Assembly (NCBI GenBank): GCA_000934665.2
Contig: KZ538231.1
Location: 1-64,000 of the forward strand
Direction of reading: 5' to 3'
DNA length: 64,000 bases
Origin: Catajapyx aquilonaris
Lineage: Eukaryota
Shown: piece after piece, positions 26,501-41,410 of the stretch
How positions within the stretch are numbered: the stretch's first letter is position 1
Layout: each line of letters begins with the position of its first letter
Program-made: the position numbers and the translations under genes
Notes under the pieces: generated by a model
Told to the model about the DNA's origin: nothing
Seen by the model: only the letters and a program-made list of their open reading frames with translations
The model's database searches: none

Positions 26501-29500
26501 TGTCCCAACAACATCGAACGTCCGAGTAAAAAGAAGCCTTCACCGAAAATCGCCGCCAAACACACCCGCTTCTACGGTCAGTCCAGAGATGGCGCGAGTG
26601 AGACCTCACAACGCTTAGTGACCGGAATTTTTTTGAAATTTCGGATTACTCTCAAAAGTTTGGCAACAGTACTTGTCACGGAGGCCCACCCACCTGTATA
26701 AAAAAAATGTCAATTCGACAAACTGGCATCGTTGTACGACTCCCATTCGTCTTATTGATAAGTTCAAGTCGAAGGGTCACTCACGCCTGGGAGATTCGAG
26801 TAGTGACAATCATTTGTTTCCTACGTGTCTCGGCAGGGGATACGAATTAATTCTCCTACATGATAATCCCAGTACACACAGTGCGATGAACCTGGCAAAT
26901 CAGTTGATGTTTTTTTCTTCTCTCTCTCTCTCCTTCCATCCATCCCCGCCCCTTCTCTCGCCGTTGGATCCCATTAAATAAATCAGATTCAAACCGTCTT
27001 AACGCTCATTAACGATTCTGGATATTTGCATATTATCGTTATAACACCGGGGGTAATGAAGCCGTGGACCAGGAGAAGTTGCGCTCGGTTTTAAATCAGG
27101 TAAAAGGGTCTGATCTCGATCATACCAAATTCCCCGTGTCCAACAAGTTACCCGTGGAATGTTTGGCCACATAACTCTGAAACGGAAAAAGAATCTATTG
27201 CGGCCCCCAAACTGGTTTAGGGCACGAAGTCGACTTACCCATTTGTGTCATCAACAAGTCGTCACTTATCACCCGGGCCTTAATTAAAGCGGCCTTAAAC
27301 CTGAATCACGAATCCACGCACCTGAAGCTCATCAACGCTCCCTCCAGCCTCCCTATATAATACTGCAGTATATCTCCTCTTATTCACCAGTTTTTTTTTT
27401 TTCAAACGTTCCAATTTGGCCGAATAGCATTTGGCCGATCCAGCAACTCGGCGAAACTGGACTCGACCAAAACGGCCACGAATATTTTTTCTTGTCCTTA
27501 CTCCTGCGGCGCAACCCCCAACAGAGAGCAGCACAAGGAGGTTAAAAGAAGAGGGCAAAAAATATATATACTGTGATTGGTGGTGGTCCTTTGGTCCTGC
27601 TAATGTCATTGGGAGCGGCTGCTGTGGCGGCGGAATGTGCCCTTGACCTCGGGGGCGGCCTTTTTTAATTCCCCCACACTGCCTTTTCTGGGAAGCCTCC
27701 CCCCCCCCCCNAATGACTGATGGGGCCTCACACTCATTGACGCCTGCCCCGATTTTTACACGTCACGATCCTAAGGGCGCGGTCCTCCACTAAGTCATTT
27801 CCAAATTCCATTTGCTCAATCTGCCTGGGAAATTATTCCCCTCACTCCTTTTGGCTCGACCCCTAATTAATTATTTCGGGCACAGCTCGTCCCATTATTT
27901 AGGATGAACCCAGGTCCCCCCCTACATAAACTCTTGGGTCCTAGAAAGCCTAGGCACCTCAAACAATACGGAATTAATCTTGGCCCTTGGTATCTCCCAA
28001 AATATATTAGACCTACCTTCGGCTTTACGTGGCAAATTAACGCCTGGGGGCGACTTTATACACAAAGGTGCAACGTTTCTTCTGTGTCGCTTGACAGGAT
28101 TCGGAGGCCGTGGTGGTAATCCTGGTTAAATGCTACTAAAGTTCCTTGATAATGCGATACAGGTAGCACCTGCTCCTTTTTAAGAAATGGACTGGATCTA
28201 AACCCTGTCGAGTAAAAACGGTATGCCCCAATCACGACCTTGCAACTGATGAGTTTCAAAGACCTTTGTGTGTCAATTACACGCGGCGAGTTATAGCTCC
28301 TAGAAGCCCGTTTGGGATCAAAAGTGTCCGACTTCCAGTTTCTACAATGCATCAGCATCTTCAAAATGACATTTTTTTGTGTCCAAATCATCACATATGG
28401 AACTTCCAATTTAATTGAAATATTTGTTACAAGTCGTACGGTAGTACAGGATTCCCTACCGGCATTTACAACACTTTCGAGGACACCACACATTTATATC
28501 AGACAGACCCACATTTATTTAAATTTGGTGACAATTTTTTTATTATAATAAAGCTGCTGGACACACAAACCCCGCCCACTCACGATTGAACCTGTGATCA
28601 ATCAGTATCGAAAGAGGCCTCCCCTGTGCCCACGAAATTGTGCACCTGCATTTGAAACAATTCATCCAAACTTATGTGACAAGGGGCGCGGAGGTGCCAG
28701 GCCCATTTGTTAAGAGTAGTTAGCCCGCAGCCATATTCTTTCTTTTCCTTCTCCCCATCATTTCTCCAGTCTGTCTACCTTAGCCGTCCATGGAATCTTT
28801 TCTTTTTTTTTTCATCCCCCCTTCCCCCACTTCTCTTTTCTTTTTTTCTTTTTCCTTTTGGGAGAAAATGAGCGCAGATAGATTCTGAAAAACGGTTGGG
28901 TGGACAAAAGCAGGGCAGGGAGGGTGGCAAGGAAAGGACAAAAGTCAGGGAGACCCGAAGAATGCTGGGAACACCTGGGCAGAGCGACCTGCCCCAAACA
29001 CTTGCTAATGAACGCCTTTTGAGGGTGTCATTGGAAGAGGGGGAAACGGTGGGTTCTCTCAAACTACTTCGGAAATGGTCCGGCAATTTCGCCCCAGGGC
29101 ATGCACGTCACTCCCCTCGTCTCTATATGCTTCAAGTATGTTCCAACACCCGTCGTGTAAGAAGAGGGACTGCTGCTCTAAGGGGGGGCCTAACCGGTGT
29201 GCCAAAAATGGCGGTTATTAAAATATTATCGATTTCCCAAATTAATTCCAAAAAAAAGTCGTCATAATTCTGAGCATGTCATCATGGATTCGCACAAATT
29301 TATTTGTCCAGCTAGATATCAATTCAGGAAGAAATGCTTACCTCTTAATGATAAGCCTAAATTAAGCGTCTCGTTAGTAGCAGGAAGATACACTGCTGGG
29401 TCATTAAATTGTGATCAGTCAATTTTTACTCGGTACATTACATTTAATTGCTACGGATTCATTTGAATACACAATGTATTCTGATGCCCTGTAAATCAGT

Positions 29501-32500
29501 GCAAGGTCAACATATTGAGATTTGAAATTACACGTTACCAACCTGTTGCTGAAATTCAAAATTAGCACTTTTTTTTTGCTTCAAAAAAATCAGCAGCCTA
29601 CCCTGCCTCAGGGTCACTCCCAGACACGTTTGGTATATCCTGCGCGATATATGACCCTCCTCAACTATGACAGAACCCGTTACCAATAACCGATTTGTTC
29701 CAAAGGTCGGGTCTTCACGTGTACACTATGGCACGCGTGCCATATGTTCTGAAACCTCTCGTGACGTCACGTGGTGGGATGGCGCTGAAGGAAAAAAAAA
29801 TGCCAAGTCTGGCCACAATGTTCTGCGTAGCCTCAAATGTTATCAGATGGGATCCAGTTAGGACAATGAATGTCGGGAGGCGGGGTGCACCCAAAAAAAT
29901 TGGGGAGGGGGGGGGTCGGATTTTTTGGGAACTGCTTTCACGCCTACGGTCTACTGGCACATTTCGCCCCTTTTGTTTCTTCGCCATGCAGCTGCCTTTT
30001 TTTCCCTTCCCCTTCTTCCCTTCTGGCTACTCCTCCCCTCTTCCCTACTTCCCTTTTTTTCGTTTCGGGACTTGTTTTTGGGAGCATATCGGACCTAGAC
30101 GCACGTGCTTCCATATTCAGACCTGTAATGTGCGAATGTGTCACAAAACTGTAGGCGTTAACTTATGCAAATGTGACAAACACGTCTCTCCCTGCAAAAC
30201 AAAACCGCCCTAGAAATTAACGAAGTTAATTATCTGTGGGCTTGTATAACTTTGGCCATTCAAAATTTGTGACTGAATGGGAGTGCTCCAATGAACACAA
30301 CGACTGCTAACTGAATTACGTAATTACAGGCGTCGTTCTGATGACGCGATAGACACACCTGGATGGTTCGCAGTATTCGACACAAAAGCGAACAATCCTG
30401 TTTGTACACTACGCGACGTTTTTTTTCCATTGACAATTTTTGCATATGAATAGAGATGGGGTGCCTATGTTCTCGGCGTTATCAATAACTAATTTAGTCT
30501 CGGATCGCAGGTCTGATAAGTACGAAATGACATTGTCGCTAATTGAGACTATCTTCCGTCATGGCAGCTGTCTTTCACTATGGTGCACGAATATTGTGAT
30601 CATTCCAAATTAATCCTGATAATTCCCAGTGAATCTACTCCTTTCTTTCTGATGTACGCGCATATAGGCCTACTACTTTCGCAACAAAGTGTGTAAATAA
30701 ACAATGAGCCGAATCGCTTTTGAACTTGTTGCTCACCGACAATGATGCAATTCCCCGATTGACCCCTACCTTATTGGAATCTATTAATTCCATGTACCAG
30801 TCTGGAAACCAGTCCACAAGAGATGTTACTGCCCTCTCTGCAGTAGCCCTGCAGCCAGCAGGGAAAAATCCTTTGTAAACCAATTAAACGGAAATGACCC
30901 ACGGGCATGGATCTCCTACATGGCAACAGTTTTTCTGACTTTATACAGCCAATCACACTGGTACACAAGTACGAGCAATGCGCGACTAATTAATTATTAC
31001 CCGAAGGTGCTGCAGGATTGGAGTCAACCGCTTGTTAGCTAGCAGAGGTGGTGGTTGAGGGTGTGGAGCAGCAAGCGGAAGGGGTCAAAGGCGAATCCGT
31101 GTGATATGGGAATGAGGGGTGCAGAGTCAAGTAGAGGCCGCGGGGAGAAAGTCTGACGAGGAGAGATCCTCCGAGCTAATATGATAATGAGCGCGGTAAT
31201 TACAAGAGACGCGCTGTAAGTGGCCTTGGAACTCCGCCAACCAATTAGGACCAGGCCCCCAAACTCCATGGCTGCCTTCTTGCACCACCACCATACTCTT
31301 TTGCATCCCCNCCCCCCCCACCAGCCACCACCCCACCACTACCGCCCATATTTTTGCACCATAATTGCTATGCTTAGCTCCAAACAAGAATACGAACTCT
31401 GCCATAGATCTGGCCCCGGGGCGTGGGAATTACACTCCTCTCATGTTCGACGAGGAAGAGAAGACCCCGTATTTTGGCTGGCTAAAAGGGACGCTAAGTG
31501 ACAGTGTCTGACGGTTTTTCGAACATGGCCAAAGTCTTAACCAAACCCCATTATCTTAGGTTGAGTTCAGATTTGATTCGCACTCCGGAGAGCCGATGCC
31601 TGCATAGATAGGACGTGATCATTACGGGCTGGAATCGATCATATCTAACCAGATGGTTTGACCAGGTACTCCCTGCCCTGCCCTGCAGGTCAGGTATAAG
31701 AGGGCCGATTAGGCTCGTTAAGGGAAGGTTTAAAAAAAAAATCATTAGGTCAAAGTACCGGTGTTGGTGGCTTAGGTGAGTTCGTTACACCTGGAAAATG
31801 ACATTGAAGGCGTATGTCATCTGGGCTGTTTATCACGGAAGTACGACCTGGCAAGGTCATGCTAAATCTGCTCGGAATGCTGGCAAGGCGAATGTCAAGG
31901 TGGAAGAAGTTAAACGAAACGCTGACCTCCTAGCATTTAAGGCGATACTCCGAATATAGACGACTGGGCTGGTGTTATCTTCTGTCGATCTTGAGAATAG
32001 GCCGCTCGCAGATTCGGTTAATTCATTCCAGACGCCAATCTGAAACACGCTGCTGACTTATGGATGCGACACTAATGCGACGCACTTTCGAGGAAGGTGG
32101 CACGAGGAACGTACCTATGACCTATAGAGGACAACTGACCCACTGGTACCCCCCAAAAACCTTATACAGCAGCTGATATGTCCGCCAACATGCCATTCGA
32201 CCAGGGGACACCAGATGTGCAGAAAATGGCGTGTGTGCATCAACACAGCCTGCTAATATTATGCTTTTGGCTTTCCGTGCCGTAATTGCTCTGCACTCTG
32301 TGCGGTTGCAATTAAACCTAATACAGAGGACGAGACAATTACATAGCATGCCCTCCTCCTTCCAGGACTCTGATTATGGCGGTCCATTAGTGTGGCCTCA
32401 TGCATACCCACTTCCTCTATGCACCACACGTCATGTCATGTCATGATGAGCAAATCGGCCATCTGGTTGCGCCTTCATCTCGAAACAAACGTTTGATTTA

Positions 32501-35500
32501 CAGGTTCTGATGTTGAAGAAGAGTTGGGCAAAAAGAGGAGGGGTTGCCCGTCTAAACGGAATCGAAATTCAATTAGGCCGCCGCGTTCCCCAATGAGACT
32601 GTGTAGTAGTCTATAGGTTAGATGGCGGCTGCTGCTTCTCGTTCTTCTCTTTTTCCCCGGTTTTTGCTCCAACCGAGCCGTTTCTCTCCTTTTGTTGCGC
32701 CCTGCCTCCCTTTCGCCAGGGCTCAATGGCAGCAGCGTGTCAAAGGTCGCGCCTCGACGGGATTTATCCGCCCTTTTTCCTCCTGCCCCAACATGCTCAC
32801 CTCGCCACCTATTAATTTCCCATCCAGACCACTACCACCACCACCCCACCGGAGGCTCCCTCCCACCCACCCACCCCATCGTCCCCCTCTCCCGCAGCAG
32901 CATCCATGAATGGCCACATCCACTATTCGTTCGATCTCGACACCACAAACCACTTTCAACTATTTATTTGGCAAAAGAGCCTGCTCGTTGCCGTACCTGA
33001 ATAATGCAGCAGGCTCCGGAGGAACGGTTTCAAAGTCCAGTCGATCAGTTTGAATACAGTGAGTAATTATCCACAATTTAAAATATTTTAAAATTCGTAT
33101 TAATTCGGCGTTTGTCTAAATTTGACATAAACTTCTAGCAGTTAAAAAATAACTAATATAATGAATACAGACAGTACATGACACACCCTGTGCTGATACC
33201 AAATAACCTCTACTTCATCACCGGATTACAAGTCAATGAACGGGTCACCTTGCACCTTAGAATCCAGCTGAAAGCTGACTGGTTGCCTGTCATCCAGGAG
33301 AGTATACTCATTTCCCAAGTCCCATCTCTGGCCTCAATCCCTCCATACAATCCCTATTTAAAAATGTGAGTCCTTCTTTGAGCCGAGCCCCAGGATGAGT
33401 CGTTGGGCACACATATCTTACCACGATTCCTTCATAGAAAGGGGTTCGCTTATCCCTCTCCTTCTAGTGTCAGCCACAGAACCCACAACAAAAATTAGCA
33501 GCAATATGACGGATTTGCACGGCTCGACTTGAGACGGCTGCCGGAATCCGTGAAAAGCCCAAGGTCCGACCCAGCTTTAGTCTGCTGGGACTTAATTGGG
33601 ACCCGCATTAATTTGGGGCAGCCTTGCATCAATGGGACCCCTGGATGATGACTAAGTCATAACCGAGGCTTTTCCTCCGCTCTTCCCAATTGCGCCTGGG
33701 AAACCCCTCCACCCCCAACCCTCCTCTCTTTCTATCCCTAAATGCATCCTGCTTCCATAACCACTTCCCCCACCAAAAGGTCAACAGTTCACCTTTCATG
33801 GAGCCTATACTGCCTTTTCATTCTACACCATTGCTTGCATTTAGGCCTACATATCGCTTCTCTTCACTATCGGCTAAGTACAGTGTGCATCTCACTTGCT
33901 CTTTTCGTATATCCACCTCATCTAACACATTCAGCTCGCCCACTAGGCCGGCTAATACTCTCCCGACGAGTCTAGCACCGATATCCATGGCGGTTCTGGA
34001 GGCTCCCTTCAATTGTCGTTAGCGGTTCGGCCAAGTACTCTGGGCAAATCCGATGAGAAAATGCCATTTTGAATGTGGTTTTTACTCGCAAATGAATCCG
34101 AATGGTGCTTTAGAACGGAATGAAAATTAGTCGCAAACACAGAATTGAATCATTTTTTTTTTAAAAAAAAGAACCCCGCACAGCCACAGCCAATTACATG
34201 ACTATTATGGAGAGAATAGTTGTTTTAAAAGCATTACATATTTAATTAACATCAACAGCACATGCCCTAGACAGCCTGATAATAATAATCCATCCGTAAA
34301 CAGCAGACAGCTTAACAATTCGTTTTATATTATCAAAACAAGCGGAACTGAACCGATCTCATTTCCATATTTCAACCGGAATGTCTCACATTGTGTATAA
34401 ATTACTTCATTATTACTATCTAGAATGAAAAGTTAGTGGATGATGCCAGCACTTCGGCCTTGTGTAACATAATGTGATACAAATTGTCACGTTGTGTTAA
34501 AACCATGTTACATTTTTAGCTCCGTGACAATCGGAAGAATGCTTCGAATACCCTCTGAAAGAGTGACCTATTCCACTGATATACTCATCCTGACTCAAGA
34601 GCACAATAAAAAAAAGTCAAAATTCGATTAGGACCGCTCCCACGACGTTTCTATTGCTATGTTGCCTTCTTTTCTGGATCTTTTCCAAGCAAAATGCTAT
34701 AGGCAACCCAATAATGCACATCATATATACCGCTTTATAAGACCAGACCAGGCCAGAAAATTGTCCTGTTGTTCCAGATCATCGCCATCAAAAATCACAT
34801 CCTACAACAGCACTCAGAAGGAAGGTTCCTAATTAGCATAAAACTGTAAAAAAAAATTATTACTAATTTACTGGTAATGACTTTGTGACAGTTGAATGAA
34901 TCATAAAACGTTACGTTTAAATTTAACTACGGCGCATAATTTCTGTTAAATTACCGTCCGTCTTTCAACAAAATATGGACATCCAATTAAGCAATTCCGG
35001 CCACTGTCCACTTAATTGCAAAATGAAGCCTCCGCCCCCCGTGTCCAGTCGAGCACCACTTGACTCGCAGGGTATACTGGCCCGGCGCAGTACACGCATT
35101 CCGTCGCCACGAAGAGTGTCAGGACTGGTCGGCCTGCGTGTAAAGTGTGTAAACGATCAATTAGCCCAGCCTGAGAGTCCGTCGTGGGCCTGAGCACGTC
35201 AGCAAGGCAGGTGACGTCACATTGCTCATTGTGCACAAGAGTCACGTGTCCTTTGGGCAAAGTGCATAAAATGAGGGAGTTTCACGAAATGGCAGCCCGG
35301 AACGCCGCCATGCTAAGCGATCCGGAGCCATCAGATTTCATTTGGGCGCAGTTATTTATCAGGGGCCGACCCCGGGTCGGTCCAACTTGGCAGTCCGAAC
35401 ACGTCCACCTCCGTGAGCTCCCTTCATTATCTCCCTCCACCTGTTAGATGTATTCGATTGTAAATGAAATGTTTGTTGCGCATCACGCCAAATCTGTCGT

Positions 35501-36193
35501 CTCGCCAATCCCACTAGCCCAAATTAATTACACCTCCAAACCCTCCACCACAAAAAAAAAACAGAAATAGGGGGGGNATTTTTATTATTACCGTACCTCC
35601 AAAAAAAATTAATGACAAAAAATGGCGGGGGAGCATGCAATAATGCTCCTTTTTGGGCGGCACGTCATAAAGGAAAGGTGGTTGGCAGGGGAAAGAGGGA
35701 TTTGCATGGACGCTCGGCCAAGGGATGCTGCTCAGGAGCAATACCATAGGATCGCAGGCCATCTCCCCTTCCTGCGCCGAAAACTTGCACAATTATGCAT
35801 TACCCGCTGCTTCCTGGACAAGCGCACGGGGCTCCTCTCCCTCCAAGTTAACAAAATAAGGGAATAAGGCTGGGGCTTCAAGACGGTAAAAAAAAAAAAA
35901 AACATGGAAAGGCCGCCGTAGCCAAGTTGGAAATGGCCCTCCCCCTCCCCCTTCCACCCTCCTCCAACCACCCACTCCCTCCTTGGAAAAGTTCAAACGA
36001 ATGAGAAGATTCCACAAGCCAAAAACAAACCATAAAGAATTCAAATTTTAAAGATACCGAAAGCGCAGACTATTGCCAAATTTACATAAAATCGAATTCC
36101 TTTCCTCGGCGTCCCGGGACACATACTGACTTGGCTATGATGGCAAGCGGTCCTTTCTCCTCTTCCCATCAGCATTTCCAATCGCAACCCGGA

Positions 36194-36197
<4 letters not shown>

Positions 36198-36249
<52 letters not shown>
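36198..36249. repeat. (TC)n microsatellite
   Basis: About 26 TC units, read directly. Confidence 0.95.
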
Positions 36250-36252
<3 letters not shown>

Positions 36253-39200
36253 CTCTCTGCTGCCTCCCTCTCCCCCACTCCCACCCCCGCCTTCCCCTTT
36301 GCCCCTAACCTCCCCCTTCCACCATCCACATAGTCATCACAGGGTATAGGGCACTCGAGCAGAGACGAATCTTTGCCTGCCTCCTCGCAGCTCTTTTCTC
36401 CAAGCCTCCATTTTACCATGTTTATTGGCTTTTTTTTCCCAGTCCCCATCCGTTCCCCCCTTTTTTTAATTCTCGCTTTATAGGGCATCCACTATATTAA
36501 GACCAGATGAAAATTAACACATATATGCAATTGCTGTACGTGCACTGGCAACATTATAAGACAAACAATAAAGTGTGCCAAGAAATGGAAGGCAAGGGCT
36601 CTTAAAAAGAAGCAGGAACCTGGCCAGGGGGCAAATTGCTTATTTCGGCGAAACAGCATAGCTAGGACTTCTTCTCGGTAGCACACCGGCTTGAATTTTT
36701 CAAATGCACCTTTAGGCTGTAGACACACGGATGTGGTTGTATGCCTAGACATGTGGAATATTCCATTACGGAGTTTCTCCCAGCTGGAAAACGCCTGTTT
36801 GACAATGTAAAGTGCAGCAGAAGTAATAAAAAAATGAATTGCTCATGACGGCGGACCGAGCTCTCTGCGTGTGAACACTGCATCCCATAAAGTGCCATGC
36901 CAATGACTATTCAAATACAGACCCGGTAGTGTTCATTTAGCCACCATCTCCATTTCAAAAGAGGCCTACAGCCTCTATTGGGAGCGACGTATTATGACTA
37001 GAAATAGGCCAATCACAAGCTGGAGGACTCGCTTTTGGAGCACATCGAAACTCTTCCACTTCCTAACTACACTATAATCCGCGTAAACAGCCCCAAGACA
37101 CGATCCCTCCTTATACTCTTTTTTTTTTCTTTCTTTCTCCTTTCCTTTTTGAATTTCATCCTCAAACCACAATCTTCATCAGATCCTCGGATCGATTCGT
37201 ACAGGTACACATTAGGCAACCTAAATGAGGAAATACAATTCGCCTTTCTTCTCCAAAGTATTGGCCACAAACTTCTGCGGGAGAGGTACTTGCCCACATG
37301 GGTTAATCCAATTACGCTACCTAAAAAAGTTTTTGCCCATAAGAAAGTAATAACGGCATTTTGCAATCAAGAGTGTGCCACCCAGAACTTATTGGTATAC
37401 AGTGCGGTCCAAGAGCCACAACTTTGGAAAAGAAAAATCTAATATTCAGTTGCTCAAACCCAGTTAGTCAAAGTAATTAAACTGTAATGCAACTTACCAT
37501 AAGTGTTGTACTTTTAAAATAAAACTTTCGTAATCGCATGATTGCAAAATGGAAATCTTCCAGCTAGTTAAAAGTAGAACCTAATATTTCGCAAACTTAT
37601 TGATATTACTGTACTTTCAGCAGGGAATATGATTCCGTACTTAAGTGTAAGTTTAAGCGTCACCAATTATGCGCAAGTTCAGTAAAATATTATGAGCGCA
37701 ATGGAAGTAATGAGATCATGATGCACCGGCACCATAAGTGAGGGGAAAAAATGGCCAGCTTTTCACCAGCTCATAATTATGCACAGTTTAATAATGAGCA
37801 CAGTAGCAGTGAAGCCGATTCTAGTTCCAAAACGAATCCCCCATACCCTCGCAATAGCGCAAAACATCACATTGTCCGCCAATTATTCCCTTTTATCCTA
37901 ACTCATTGTACTGAACAGCCCTCTTCCCATACATTATGTGCGATAAATTATGTCAGCAATACAGCGTCATAAAGGCTATGAAACGATATATGAAGAAGTT
38001 GGAGTCGAGGCTGGCGTGACGGACATGTGACCATCTGTTACGTCGTGACGTCGCGTGACAAATGTTCCACATACCCGAAAAAAGGCCGAATGAAAGTAAA
38101 GCGACATGTTGTAAAATGAGGCTTGGAAGCACGTGCTCCTCATTCCCCGTTGCCGCCCTTCTGTGAACCCTCCCCCTCCACCCCCTCCCTCCCATCCAGG
38201 TCCCTCTGGAGGAGAAAATACAGTGCGGGAGGAAATCGGCGGCTCTTTGTCCGCGCCGAATTCCGACAATCTCCCCGCCGCCCTCCCCCTCGGTGGAACA
38301 ATGGCTTTTGCATGTTAATTGGGAGATGCGAGCATGTGATGAATTTTTCAGCGGTGCACAAAAGGGTGTTGAGTGGACGGAGGAGGAGGATGGAGGCCAG
38401 AATTGAGGGGAGGGGGGGGGAGGGTTCTCTATTTCATGCTGGTAGCATGATGGCACTGCCACGCCGGGACTACTTGACAACCGAGGGTTTTTATGTAACC
38501 ATTGTGCGACTTCGGAAGCGGATTTGCATATGAAGAATGAGATATGCGCAGGTGAGCTACTTGCTCCCCCCCTCTTATCTGCTGCCACATATCTCCTTTT
38601 TTATCGTGGCTACGTGGTCGAGAGTGGGGGGGACGACCCCCTCTTGTCTTTTGCGGCAAAGGGGCGCATTCATTTGCCCACGTGACCAGCCCTCAGCTAT
38701 GTGTGTTAGACGGGGGTCTACCTGATGGTATTGTATCAGAAACTGAATGAACTCGCACACTGTCACTGTTTCGTTCCCCCTTTTAAGTCCCCTTGGCCGA
38801 CTACAGATACTCCACTTCAGATGTACTTGTTTATTTGATAAACATACATGCATCTTCTGTGGGTATGAGGGTCTTGTTCAGACAGTACTGATTTTTAGTA
38901 ATAATTGCCAGTGGCTCTTTGCCATATTTGAATGGAACTGCGCAATCATGCGGCCAATTTATAGGAAGCATTGCAGCGACCATGATTGGTTAAGAGACCC
39001 GCCTGGCTCATTCCCATTGGCTGATCGCGTGCCACAAATCCAATCAAACAAACAGCAGTGTGCCCGTCCTGTTTGGTCTATGACATAACCATTTGAATAC
39101 GAAACTTGTACCGCACTCTCCATTATTATTATTTCAAATAAGTACGTTCCCAACAGGGTCCACTTGGGTTAAAATCAGGACAATTCCTGCCTTAGTCCTA

Positions 39201-41201
39201 CGCTCCTCCTGTTCTGCAAAATTAGTCCCCGCCCAACAATCCAATCTTCTTTTCATTCCAACCATTCCAGTGCCGTCGTTCACACCGGGCCCAATAAGGC
39301 CAGGCCCCTGATCGGTCTTAGCCATGACTCCAATGTACAGCAGCACAGATAGATATGCGTCCTCATCTGCTCTCGTCCAATCTAGGAAGAGAGCCCAAAT
39401 AAGGATGCCCTCTTTTCCTTTTCCCTGCCCCCCTGCCTAGCTCAACCTGGTTTAGTGTGAACGGGACCCTTAAGCCTGACAGAGGCTCTGCAGGGCCCAA
39501 ATCCCACCTTTGTTTATTTCCCCGGACAGCCTTTCTACTCCACTTGCTGTCTATAAGAAGACCCGCGATTTTAAAGCTCCCCCTCCCCCACCCCCCTCTT
39601 CATCTCTCCACATCCTACCTACCCAAACTAATGAATTGCCTGCTTTCATCCGTCCTACTCCTTAAAATAGGAAATTCTCAGTCTCAACCGAATGACAGTT
39701 ACACTGCCCCTTAATACTCAGGATTCCTCAATGCAAAACATTCCCTACACTAACATTGGACAGTAAATTACTGCAGTTACATGTCCGCTATAGGCGTGTA
39801 TCTGCTGAAAGATAACCGAGGGCGTGTATCCGCTGAAGGAAGGTTAGGTCATGAGGTGTGTTAGTACAACGTACCACTTTCGGTCTCCCATTACCAAAGT
39901 CTTCCATCTGAATTGTATGTGAAAGAAGATTCTGCCATCAAAAATATTATACATGTCCTTCCAAATTTCTCCCTGGAAGTTGGCTCCACGAGGTCAACTA
40001 ATTTTGCATGCTAATTGACGACCAACCCAGACGTGACAATGTAAAACCGGGCAAGTAGCAGGCAATTCGCCACATTGTTGTACATGCTTCACTCGGACGG
40101 GTCAAAAACAAATCACGGCCGAGGATAAAGGCGAGGCTCACAGATGGTTGAGCCTAGTGTCCCTCACCAATCAACCCCAATTATCTGTCGGTCAATGGGA
40201 AATTTGTTTGCCGCACTCCCCCCCCCCCTCCCCCGTACTCCCCCNCCCCCCACTCTTTCTGTTGTGGCCTTCGCCCAGCCACCAGTTGGAGCAGTCCGGT
40301 CTCGTTTACCCCATTTGACCTCTCTCAATTCAAATGTCCGTCAACCTTTCACTAATGCAGTTTTTGTCCCAACCTTTCCCTTACACATTATGTATGGCGC
40401 TCTCACAAAAGCTCACCTTTTAAAGTACCAAAAATTGACAACAAATTCTTCCACAAATGTATTGCAAAATGGCCATCTGCCGCCAAATGTTACAATTTCA
40501 TCCGCTAATGTTAATGAGCATAGGGTGGGCATAACTTCAGCCGCACTACTCTACTCACTATGTAAGGGCTTGAGGGGGGGCTGCCCCCGTGCTTTTGTGC
40601 GGCTTTGGTCTAATGAGCTGAGTGGAGGAAGGGCAAAAAGAAGCAGGGGCAGCTGGGATGCCCCAGCTTTTGGCCAAACAGTTGCGCGGGCCTTTTCATT
40701 ATACTTAGCCCGCCTCTTTTATCCTGAGACAAAAGGCAGCCGGGGCACCCACGGGGTATAGGATGCCTAGAAAACTAGTATTCGCCATCTTTTTCGGGGA
40801 AGGGACCAGCTTGTCTGAAACAAACCACCAGGCCTGTCAACCGCGTCTCAACGGCCACCCATTTTTTTTAAAGAGAGCCACAACTTCTTTGTTGCCAGTT
40901 GATCCAAAAATTAATGATACGAGCTAATATTTCGGCAAAACTTAGCCAATTTATAGAAAAAAGGGGGGGCTGGTAGGGTCAAAAGAATTCCATTCTGCTC
41001 TTTGGGGCTCTTCCCTTCTGCACACAGTGTATGGCATATGAGGAATGAGGAGGCCTGCCAGATCGAGGATTCCTAGAGGTTTGGAGACGGGTGAGTAGAG
41101 TGCAGAGGTGTGGAGGGGGAGCGTAGAATTAGCATGGAAATGACGTTTGCTCGCAAGAATCGCGGCCGGGAATATCGGCGGATATTGAAGTAGACCCCCC
41201 C

Positions 41202-41410
41202 NNNNNNNNNNNNNNNNNNNNNNNNNNNNNNNNNNNNNNNNNNNNNNNNNNNNNNNNNNNNNNNNNNNNNNNNNNNNNNNNNNNNNNNNNNNNNNNNNNN
41301 NNNNNNNNNNNNNNNNNNNNNNNNNNNNNNNNNNNNNNNNNNNNNNNNNNNNNNNNNNNNNNNNNNNNNNNNNNNNNNNNNNNNNNNNNNNNNNNNNNNN
41401 NNNNNNNNNN
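41202..41410. other. Assembly gap (209 N)
   Basis: N run flanked by poly-C on both sides. Confidence 1.

Noticed and set aside
40144..40761. 205-aa plus-strand ORF; similarly 37953-38588 (-), 7252-7821 (+) and 29695-30213 (+)
   Set aside because: Low-complexity translations driven by homopolymer runs, with no recognisable domain.
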